64,000 nt of DNA from an uncultured Verrucomicrobiae bacterium (GTDB lineage Bacteria; Verrucomicrobiota; Verrucomicrobiia; Chthoniobacterales; JAATET01): contig CAVVKW010000004.1 in NCBI GenBank assembly GCA_963749035.1, positions 396,717-460,716 on the forward strand. The letters run 5' to 3'. Position 1 is the stretch's first letter. Each line of letters starts with the position of its first letter. A program made the position numbers and the translations under genes. The notes under the pieces are model-generated. The model ran no database searches. It saw nothing but the letters and a program-made list of their open reading frames with translations, and had not been told where the DNA came from. Shown in pieces: positions 8,848 to 16,272 of the stretch.

Positions 8848-10539
8848 ATGAAAAAGGTAATCGTCGTTCTTGTCATTTTGGCCGTCCTCATCGGAGGTGC
8901 GGCCTGGTTTTTGCTCAGTCGTTACGGAGTGACCGATGGGGCCCGGCTGACTCCGGCCGACACGGTGGCTTTCTTGTCGCTGCCGGACGTGGCGCGCACG
9001 CGCGAGCGTTGGAAACAGACGGCTTTGGCGAGGATCGCGGCGGATCCGGCGGTGAAGGCTTTTTTGGAGAAACCTCTGACGTTGCTCGATGGCGAGGGCG
9101 GGAGTGAAGCGGCGGGTATTCTCGAGGAACTCAAACCCGGGAGACTTTTTGTCGCCGTACCGTCGGTCAGCGAGAATGAGGTCGAGGTGCTGGTCGGATT
9201 TCAGTATTTCGGCAGCAAGGACGATCTGAAGTCGGCGATGGACCGGATGCACGCCGAGCTTCAGAAGCAATTTCCCGTGGCCACGAAGTCGACGTCCGAC
9301 TACGAGGGCGACGAGGTCACGGCGATGGCGACGCCGAACGGAACCCTCTACAGCTCATCGCATTCGTCGTGGGCGTTCCTGGCGTTGGCCGAGAAGACAC
9401 TACACGCCGCGCTGGATCGCACGGCTGACCGGGCGACAGACGGCGCACTGGTGGATGATGAAACGTTTGCCGAGGTGATGGGCAACCTCGCGGAGGATCC
9501 CGAAGTCCGCTGGTTTGCCCGACCGGGGCCGCTCGTTCAGGAAATGAAGAAATACGCCGAGCAGTCCGGTGGCGACGTGAGTTCGATGCAGGTCGAGCAG
9601 ATCGAGAAAATTGACGCCTTGGGAGGTTCGCTGATTTTCGACGGACTCGATCAGAAAGAGCGGTTCTTTGCGTTTACCCCGGAGGAGGCTCATGAGTATC
9701 CGAAGCTCGACCATTCCACGATCGATCTGACGACGCCAAATACGACGATCTATTTCGCGAGCATTCAGGATTGGTCGGCGGTCGCAGAGCCCGACTACGT
9801 CGAGTCGCTGCCGGAGGAGGTGCAGACATTTCTAACGGAAAACGACCTTGATCTGGCGAAGGTGCCGGAGTGGTTGGGCGGTGATTCCGCGCTCTCGGTC
9901 ACGTGGGGAGCGAACGCGATGGTGCCGAATGCGATTCTCGCGCTCTCGATCCGGGACCGGGCCGCGGTCAACTCGTTGGTTGACCGCGTCATGGCCGGGA
10001 TGAGTCTCAATCTGCAATCGACGGAGGCCGGCGGCGCGCGGGTGATCAAGCTCCCGGAGATGGAGATTCAGCTCGTTGATCCGGTCATCGCGATCAGCGA
10101 CGATTACCTGTTTCTATCGCTGACCGAGCAGGAACTCAGCCGGGTGCTGACGGCAGGGGGTGGGGACGAGAAAACACTCGTGGACGCGGGTGCGTTCGAA
10201 CCTGCAAAGGCCGCTTACGACACGCCGGCGCAGGCGTTCGGTTACATCGACTCGAAGGTGATTTTCGAACGGATTTACAACCAACTCCGACCGGTGATCC
10301 TGATTGGTGCGGCGATGTCACCGGGAGCGTCTGACGTCGTCGACGTGAGCAAGTTGCCCGAGACGGAGACGATTTCGGGATACCTTCGGCCGGTGGTTTA
10401 CAATCAGCGTCAGACGGAGGATGGCTGGTTGATGGAGAGTTCGGGGCCGATCACGATGACGCAGGGTGGACTCGTCCTCGGTGGCGCGCTTGCAGCCGCA
10501 ATGCTGAACGGAATGGCGGAGCCTCCCGCCGGACCGTAG
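8848..10539 (+). CDS. Membrane-anchored hypothetical protein (DUF3352-like by general architecture)
   Basis: The internal Met gives MKKVIVVLVILAVLIGGAAWFLL (TM anchor), ~560 aa, with a C-terminal hydrophobic tail. The family assignment is from memory only. Confidence 0.45.
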   Translation: MKKVIVVLVILAVLIGGAAWFLLSRYGVTDGARLTPADTVAFLSLPDVARTRERWKQTALARIAADPAVKAFLEKPLTLLDGEGGSEAAGILEELKPGRLFVAVPSVSENEVEVLVGFQYFGSKDDLKSAMDRMHAELQKQFPVATKSTSDYEGDEVTAMATPNGTLYSSSHSSWAFLALAEKTLHAALDRTADRATDGALVDDETFAEVMGNLAEDPEVRWFARPGPLVQEMKKYAEQSGGDVSSMQVEQIEKIDALGGSLIFDGLDQKERFFAFTPEEAHEYPKLDHSTIDLTTPNTTIYFASIQDWSAVAEPDYVESLPEEVQTFLTENDLDLAKVPEWLGGDSALSVTWGANAMVPNAILALSIRDRAAVNSLVDRVMAGMSLNLQSTEAGGARVIKLPEMEIQLVDPVIAISDDYLFLSLTEQELSRVLTAGGGDEKTLVDAGAFEPAKAAYDTPAQAFGYIDSKVIFERIYNQLRPVILIGAAMSPGASDVVDVSKLPETETISGYLRPVVYNQRQTEDGWLMESSGPITMTQGGLVLGGALAAAMLNGMAEPPAGP

Positions 10540-10642
10540 GGAGCGGTTGCGGATTTGAGAGTTCGGATTTTGGATTTCGGGTTGTGGAATCAGCTTGCAA
10601 TCGAAGAAGCCGCCCGTATTCTCGCGCGCTCCACGTGACAAT

Positions 10643-10715
10643 GGCTGGATAGCTCAGTTGGTAGAGCAGAGGATTGAAAATCCTCGTGTCGGGGGTTCGA
10701 TTCCCTCTCCAGCCA
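10643..10715 (+). tRNA. tRNA-Phe (anticodon GAA)
   Basis: ggctgga/ta/gctc-agttggta-gagc/a/gagga-ttGAAaa-tcctc/gtgtc/ggggg-ttcgatt-ccctc/tccagcc/a folds as a canonical 73-nt cloverleaf. CCA is not encoded. Confidence 0.92.
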
Positions 10716-10820
10716 CATTTTTCCATTCGGGGAAGGGGGATCGCGCGAAGGCGCGGGAGTTTCAGCGGCCTTCCGATGCTCTAGCTCAAGGTGGCCTGAG
10801 GCAGGCTCCGGTGCGAGTGC

Positions 10821-12125
10821 CTATTTCCGCGGGATCGTCAAGCGATGGGCTTGCGCGATCCGATTCTGCCAGTCGGATGAGAGTCTCGCGAGCGTCGCAA
10901 ACTTGGGCCAAAGTTCCACTGCGGCGCGGACCTCGTTCACGATCGTCTCTGCCCGGCCTCGCTTCATGACCGCGGCTTTTGCGCAAGCTTCGAAATCCTG
11001 GAGGGAAAACCCGTCACGCTTCCCGTTGAGGGTCATCTGGTGGGAGGCGGTCCAAGACCCGGAGGGGTTGAAACTGTAGGTCACGTCAAATGCCGGTGAG
11101 AGGGACCACTCGCCGCGTTTGTTCATGAGAAAAGCGATATTCTTCACGTGGTCGTCTTGATTTCGCGCGACGACGTTGAAAACCATCCGGCGGAACTGTT
11201 CCTCTACGGCCGACATCGGCAGTTTGAGCTGACGAATGGCTAGCAGGGCCTGTTCATAGGAGTAAGCTCCCGCTCGATTGAAGTCGTAGTGCGCCAACGC
11301 GCAGAGTGACTGCACGTGGAGCTTGCCCCCTTCTTCCGTGCGATCGAAGCGCCTCGTCATGAAGTGCCGTCGGCCATTCTCTTCGAGGAGCCGACATTCG
11401 CTCATCGAGATGCCCGCGGCTTTCGCCATCAGGTAGTAGGCATACTCGATGGAGCCGTAGCCCTCGGGGTCCTCCAGCTCCTTGTCCTTGTTTCCTCCGA
11501 CACCGTCGAATTTGAGTAGCCAGTAGTCGAATCCTTTCCCCGCCGTGATCTGACCCGAGCGGACTTCTTCGGTTTCCTGGTTCCACGCAATCAACGCCTT
11601 GGCCCGAGCCCCGCCGGCCGACGTGCCAACTCGGAGGATCTCACGGAGGGTCTCCGCTTGATCCGGGTTGTGAAAGCGCGCCCGAAGGTCGCTGCGGTGG
11701 GAAAGGACCTCGCTGGCCAGGCGGACGAGTGCATCGACTTCGATTTTGGCTGCCTTTCGCGATTTTGGTCCGATTGCGGGGACAAATTCCAGCGCGCCCA
11801 TGCCGCGGGCTCCGGTGTAGCAGAGGCGCTCCACCGCGCGGAAACTTGCCGAGGTGCGACCTTGCGTCGCCAGCCAGGCGTCAATCAGTGCGTTGCCGAA
11901 TTTGTCCGGCAACGAATCCGCCAGCAACCCGGGCAGACCGTGAAACGTCTCTTGTGGGAGTGCCGGGAATTGGTAGATTTGTTCGCTCAACGGCATCCTG
12001 AAAGGCGAAATCTCAATGCCACTCCGGACGAACTCCGGGTCGTATTGAAACGCCGCGACCTTGTCGCTCTCAGCGAGGGAGGCGGCGCCAATGGTTCGAC
12101 CCCAGAGCTGGACTTCGACAATCAC
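10821..12125 (-). CDS. hipA: Type II toxin-antitoxin system HipA-family kinase toxin
   Basis: 434 aa. The N-terminal coupling domain matches the family pattern (MIVEVQLWGRTIGA..). Catalytic loop VARNQDDHVKNIAFL. Confidence 0.85.
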   Translation of the reverse strand: MIVEVQLWGRTIGAASLAESDKVAAFQYDPEFVRSGIEISPFRMPLSEQIYQFPALPQETFHGLPGLLADSLPDKFGNALIDAWLATQGRTSASFRAVERLCYTGARGMGALEFVPAIGPKSRKAAKIEVDALVRLASEVLSHRSDLRARFHNPDQAETLREILRVGTSAGGARAKALIAWNQETEEVRSGQITAGKGFDYWLLKFDGVGGNKDKELEDPEGYGSIEYAYYLMAKAAGISMSECRLLEENGRRHFMTRRFDRTEEGGKLHVQSLCALAHYDFNRAGAYSYEQALLAIRQLKLPMSAVEEQFRRMVFNVVARNQDDHVKNIAFLMNKRGEWSLSPAFDVTYSFNPSGSWTASHQMTLNGKRDGFSLQDFEACAKAAVMKRGRAETIVNEVRAAVELWPKFATLARLSSDWQNRIAQAHRLTIPRK

Positions 12126-12475
12126 GATTCGTCACCCCAGGTCCAGTCGCCACGCCGGTCGGGGGTCGATTTCGCGCCCGATGCCCGTTGGCGCTTGTGG
12201 CCTCGGTTTTTGAGCTGCTCCATTGGACCGGGGAGTACTTCGGGAACGAGGTCATTAAAGCGTTCGAGCAATTCGAGAGCGCGGCACACGCGGAGGAATC
12301 CCGACATCTGGGTGGCCACCTGACCGGATTCGAGTCGTTCCACCGTTCGCTTCGACACGCCTGCTCGTTCAGCGAGCGCGGCTTGGGTCAGATTACGAGC
12401 CAGGCGGAGATCGGACAGACGGTTTCCCATTTCCAGAAGAATGCTCCCATCGGTCAGGTCTCCAGTGATTGTCAT
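12122..12475 (-). CDS. hipB: XRE-family HTH antitoxin (HipB-like)
   Basis: 117 aa. LRLARNLTQAALAERAGVSKRTVERLESG. 4-nt overlap with the hipA start. Confidence 0.8.
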   Translation of the reverse strand: MTITGDLTDGSILLEMGNRLSDLRLARNLTQAALAERAGVSKRTVERLESGQVATQMSGFLRVCRALELLERFNDLVPEVLPGPMEQLKNRGHKRQRASGAKSTPDRRGDWTWGDES

Positions 12476-12589
12476 AATGCGTCAAATGTGGCGAAATAGG
12501 CTGATAAAGCGATATAAAACGTCATCGGTGGCGAATAGAGCGAGCACTCGTGCATTGCTGGTTCCAAGCGATGACGAAGCTGGAGAGGC

Positions 12590-12970
12590 TGGATTGTAAA
12601 GTTGGTCGACCTGCGAACTGAAGATCCTCAAGTGCTTTTTCGAATGCTTCTCCAGACTTTATTTCTCTCCACGTGGTCGCTCGACTTACCCCGACTGCAC
12701 AGGTGCTCAACGAGTTCCCGGTTGCCGTAGATGGCGGTGTGGGGATGGCGGAACTGCTTGAGTGACGCCAACTCGGCCTCGGCTTAGCGCGGGTTGAATT
12801 CACGCACCTTGGCGTCGAGTAGGTTGTCGAAGAAAAAGCGAACGGTTCTTTATACGTTCGGCGGGCGGCACAACCGAATCCAACCCCGGGCCGCTGTTCG
12901 GCGTCCTCGCGGGATCCAAGCGTCCAACCGATGGCCTCGCCGGACTTGAGGACACTTTTCTCGAGCGCGC
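12590..12970 (-). pseudogene. Decayed fragment resembling the N-terminus of a restriction-enzyme R subunit (HsdR-type)
   Basis: Minus-strand pieces in different frames, broken by stops: LEKSVLKSGEAIGWTLGSREDAEQRPG.., ..FFDNLLDAKVREFNPR*, AEAELASLKQFRHPHTAIYGNRELVEHL... The order and spacing recall HsdR N-terminal regions. Weak, memory-based. Confidence 0.3.
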
Positions 12971-13161
12971 AAGCGAGCTCCAAAACGGCTACTCATCCGA
13001 GTCCTACGTCAAACCCTGGTGACATCGTCGCCTACGGCGGCAAGGAACTGAGCGAGACTTCCGTCGCAGCGACCTCTGTCCCTGCGGCCCTAACCGGCGG
13101 TTTAATAGACTGCTGCCTGCGTTCCGGTCGGCACGAAGGATCGCTCCGCGATCACTCTTCG

Positions 13162-13253
13162 TAGGGAGTAGGGTGAGTGGCTGACCGTTTGGCCTCGAAG
13201 GCGGGCGGCCGATGCCTTTAGCTTTGCGCAGTCAAGAAAGATCGGCTGACCCC
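13162..13253. repeat. Copy A of a local repeat family (deletion derivative of copy B)
   Basis: tagggagtagggtgagtggctgaccgtttgg..gcgggcggccgatgccttta|gctttgcgcagtcaagaaagatcggctgacccc aligns with both ends of 14199-14463. Confidence 0.7.
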
Positions 13254-13255
13254 AT

Positions 13256-13726
13256 TCACACACGGAGGCCTTTGATTGGTATGAACGGCGAGGAAACGCG
13301 GGAGCGAATGCCGAGGTCTTGTGGACAGATGAGCTCCACCTGCGGGAAGTAGGTTCGGTAGCGGGCGATGTCGCGCGTGAGGATGGGCAGCTCGGAGGCA
13401 GCGGCGTGGGCGCCGATGAAGAAATCCGAGAGCGGCGCCGATTTGGTTCCCCCGCGCTGCCGGTAGGTCCGGAACGCCTGCGCGGCGAGAAACAGGGCTC
13501 GACGCGGCAGTTCCTCGTAGCGGAGACCAAGCGACAGGAGGATAAAGTCGACGTCGTCCGCGTCCCCCGCCTCGTAGCAAAGTTCGGTGTAGATCAGCGA
13601 GTTAACGACCAACCGGGTCGCGTGGCGCTCCATCTGGTCCGTCGACCAAGATGCCCACCGCTCGTCCTGCTCGGTGACGTCGAGCAACACGTTGGTATCG
13701 ACGATCACGTCCGGAGGTTCAGTCAT
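13256..13726 (-). CDS. vapC: PIN-domain ribonuclease toxin VapC
   Basis: 156 aa. VIVDTNVLLDV.. acidic PIN residues. ..RYRTYFPQVELICP looks like the usual family C-terminus, followed by a ~20-aa tail that runs up to repeat copy A. Confidence 0.8.
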   Translation of the reverse strand: MTEPPDVIVDTNVLLDVTEQDERWASWSTDQMERHATRLVVNSLIYTELCYEAGDADDVDFILLSLGLRYEELPRRALFLAAQAFRTYRQRGGTKSAPLSDFFIGAHAAASELPILTRDIARYRTYFPQVELICPQDLGIRSRVSSPFIPIKGLRV

Positions 13727-13979
13727 CGCCTCGGATCTCGCTCATGATCTCGTCGGTGCTGCGGCCTCCCGCACGATCTTTCCAGATGCCCCGCACCGCA
13801 AGTAGCCGGTCTCGCATTTCCGCAGCGTTGCGTGGTGGCTCGATCGTTCCCTCAGCGAGGCCACGTGCCAGCAGATCCCGGGCTTCGGCCTCCATCGAGC
13901 GTTGGTTACGCGCAGCCTGTTCGCGAAGCGCCTGCTTTACCGCCACGTCGAGATTGCGAATGGTCAACGTGGTGCTCAT
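13719..13979 (-). CDS. vapB: VapB/FitA-like ribbon-helix-helix antitoxin
   Basis: Internal Met MSTTLTIRNLDVAVKQALREQAARNQRSMEAEARDLLARGL... 8-nt overlap with vapC. Confidence 0.75.
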   Translation of the reverse strand: MSTTLTIRNLDVAVKQALREQAARNQRSMEAEARDLLARGLAEGTIEPPRNAAEMRDRLLAVRGIWKDRAGGRSTDEIMSEIRGDD

Positions 13980-13986
13980 GGCTTTG

Positions 13987-14005
13987 AATGCTAGCATTGC
14001 ATGCA
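13987..14005. promoter_or_regulatory. Overlapping palindromes just upstream of vapB; candidate VapBC operator
   Basis: AATGCTAGCATT (13987-13998, perfect 12-bp palindrome) overlapping TGCATGCA (13998-14005), 8 bp upstream of the vapB ATG. Confidence 0.45.
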
Positions 14006-14090
14006 TTGCAGTCAATCGGGGATGGAAGGTGCCTGACCGATCCAAGACGGTCGGGCTCCACTTAGAACCGTATCAGATTAAGCTGTCGGA

Positions 14091-14164
14091 CTGTAGCCAC
14101 GCCGGCTCTCCGGCGTTTGAGCACTACATGTGATACGGACGGCGGAGGACCGCCGTGGCTACAG
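14091..14164. other. 74-nt palindromic/structured element (long closing stem plus two 6-bp hairpins)
   Basis: CTGTAGCCACG (14091-14101) is the exact reverse complement of CGTGGCTACAG (14154-14164). Internal hairpins are CGCCGG-ctct-CCGGCG (14100-14115) and CGGCGG-agga-CCGCCG (14140-14155). Confidence 0.5.
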
Positions 14165-14198
14165 GTTGCTCTCCGGCCTGCATGGGTTGAAAATGCTC

Positions 14199-14463
14199 TA
14201 GGGAATTAGAGTGAGTGGCTGACCCTTTAGCGTCGCCGGCGGGCGGGCCGGAGCCTTTCGCACGGCGATGGCAACCTTTCTTGGGTCACTTCCTTTCAGC
14301 ACTCGTGAGTCGGATTTGGTTCGCGCCGCGTCACGGAGAGCCTGGATGACGAAGGTTTCTGCGAGGTCTCCGACCCGATTCTGGTCTTGATCACTCAATC
14401 GGTAATCGCGATTGGGAGGTCGAACGACGCTTTGCGCAGTCAAGAATGATCGACTGACCCCGG
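14199..14463 (-). pseudogene. Copy B of the local repeat family; carries a gene remnant (transposase-like C-terminal fragment?)
   Basis: Minus-strand reading GVSRSFLTAQSVVRPPNRDYRLSDQDQNRVGDLAETFVIQALRDAARTKSDSRVLKGSDPRKVAIAVR.. has no credible N-terminus. Both ends match copy A. Confidence 0.4.
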
Positions 14464-14548
14464 TTTCCGGTTTAACACGAGAATGATCGACTGACCCCGG
14501 TTTAACACGTCACAGTCAAGAATGATCGACTGACCCCGGTTTAACACG
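14444..14548. repeat. Three tandem copies (37-39 bp period) of GAATGATCGACTGACCCCGGTTTAACACG
   Basis: Unit starts at 14444, 14481 and 14520. The first copy has an internal CCGGTTT duplication. Confidence 0.8.
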
Positions 14549-14849
14549 TCATCAGCCGCTGATTGGCAAGATTCCCCGCCGTGACGCTGACACTCAGTCG
14601 TTCGATGGATTGGTCCGCCGCCGGAACCAGGCTTGCCCGATGAGACTCGCTGCACTAAAGTCCTCACGCGCGATGAAAATCGCCCGATTCTTCCCGGAAC
14701 CCTCTTTCTGAAAGGGGGTTCGAGACCAAGCCATCTCCGACTACGAAATTCGCGGATGGATGCCAGGAACGCCTTGGTCAACCCCATGGGTGGTCGATCA
14801 ACCGCGTGCGCGCTCCAGCCTGATCGCAGCAATTCAACCTTCCAAAGAT

Positions 14850-16088
14850 ATGTCTGAATCCAAGCACATCTCCCGACGCCGCCAAGTTTCGACCGGTCCG
14901 TTGATCCTGGTCGCTCTCATCAAACTTTCCCTGATCACCAACCTGATCGGGAATCTTGCGACCTCCCCCGATGATTCGAAGGACGTTCGAGAATCCTTCA
15001 CCCCGCAGCTCACGGCAGAGCACCCACTTGGGCTGATCGATTCATCGGCACGGCGGGAGATTTCTCATTGGGAGGCCGACGCCCCGCTGAAATCGGAGAA
15101 TCTGGTTCTCATTCACGCCCACGCCTCCCCCGAAGACATCAGCCCGGCCATGCCCGCACTCGAGCTGCACCTTCACGAAAGTCTCCCGGACACCGCAGAA
15201 GCCAGACTGCAGGTCAGCTACACGCGAGGAAATGGCGACCGCCCTTCCCGCGTAACCGAGCAAGACAGCGTACAAATTCCCCGCGACGGCGGCTTCCGGT
15301 CGATCCAGGGGCGCACCTGGGAGATTCACCAAGACCCGGACTTCCTGGCAGAAATTGCGGATCACGGGTTCTTCGGCGGTGACGCCGTCCTGACGTTCAG
15401 GTCCAGCGAATCGGGTGCCGAGGAAACGATCCGTTTCCGGATCGGGGGCGAGAATCCCCGCGACGAGATCTGCAAGGAGTTCATCCGCGAATTCCCGGAA
15501 ACCTCCTCCGGCCAAAAGCTCGATTTCATGAATGCGATCGCCAAGCACGAGTCGAAAGCCAAAAATCGTGACCGAGTTTACTACAACCAGTTCCTGCACC
15601 TGGACACCCACCCGAACGACGGAGGATTGCCAGCTTGGAACAACGACGGTGGGCTGACTCCCGGCGGCTACGGAGTCTTTCAGGTGACCGGCACCGCGGT
15701 TGATGCCCAGGAGAACATCGGCCGCGATGAGATCTGGAATTGGCAGAGCAACGTCCAAGCCGCCTTCCGAATCATGACGCATCAGATCAAGGGCTCGCTC
15801 GCCAAACGCTACTTCACGAAAATCAAAGAAGACGTCGAGGACGCCGAGATTCTTTTCGATCTCTGTCCCCCGCCCAAAATCCGCACCGGTGGGGAGATAT
15901 TCACCGCGAAGCAAGCCGTCTGGATCACCGCCTACAACGGCTGGGGAGGCCCGATCAAAAACCGGTTCATCTTCTCGGAGGACTTCCCCTGCGGACTTGG
16001 TCCCGACAAGCGCTGGAACTGGAAGCCCCCCGTGAAACCCAGTGGAAAAACCTACCTCGAACTCGTCGCCGAAGAGATGGAAAACTGA
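14850..16088 (+). CDS. Membrane-anchored protein with a C-terminal lysozyme-like / lytic-transglycosylase-like domain
   Basis: The ATG at 14850 gives MSESKHISRRRQVSTGPLILVALIKLSLITNLIG (TM). The C-terminus has AIAKHESKAKN (E-S), GGYGVFQVT and WNWQSNVQAAFRIM, which resemble SLT motifs I-III. Confidence 0.5.
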   Translation: MSESKHISRRRQVSTGPLILVALIKLSLITNLIGNLATSPDDSKDVRESFTPQLTAEHPLGLIDSSARREISHWEADAPLKSENLVLIHAHASPEDISPAMPALELHLHESLPDTAEARLQVSYTRGNGDRPSRVTEQDSVQIPRDGGFRSIQGRTWEIHQDPDFLAEIADHGFFGGDAVLTFRSSESGAEETIRFRIGGENPRDEICKEFIREFPETSSGQKLDFMNAIAKHESKAKNRDRVYYNQFLHLDTHPNDGGLPAWNNDGGLTPGGYGVFQVTGTAVDAQENIGRDEIWNWQSNVQAAFRIMTHQIKGSLAKRYFTKIKEDVEDAEILFDLCPPPKIRTGGEIFTAKQAVWITAYNGWGGPIKNRFIFSEDFPCGLGPDKRWNWKPPVKPSGKTYLELVAEEMEN

Positions 16089-16272
16089 TCGGGATCATCA
16101 CCTTCCCTCCCGGTCCTGGCCGCCGCCCCACCGAGTGAATGGGGTCAGGCGGTTGCGTGCGATGGCCCCGTCATAATGGCTCAGTAGCTCGACCTCCACC
16201 GCTCGGATGAATTTCGAGCGGCCCTCATCGGGAATATCCTCTTTGCTCGCGAATCCATGATTCCGCTGCGAC

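Noticed and set aside
14444-14548. Possible CRISPR array (three near-identical ~29-bp units).
   Set aside because: There are only three copies. The 'spacers' are 8-10 nt (period 37-39 bp). The unit is part of a larger repeat family also present at 13229-13253. No cas genes are present.
14700-14745. GGGGGTTCGAGACC, resembling a tRNA T-arm; considered as the distal att repeat of the tRNA-Phe island.
   Set aside because: Only ~10 nt match the tRNA-Phe T-arm (GGGGGTTCGA). There is no acceptor-stem match and no cloverleaf, and it lies in the middle of the island rather than at a border.
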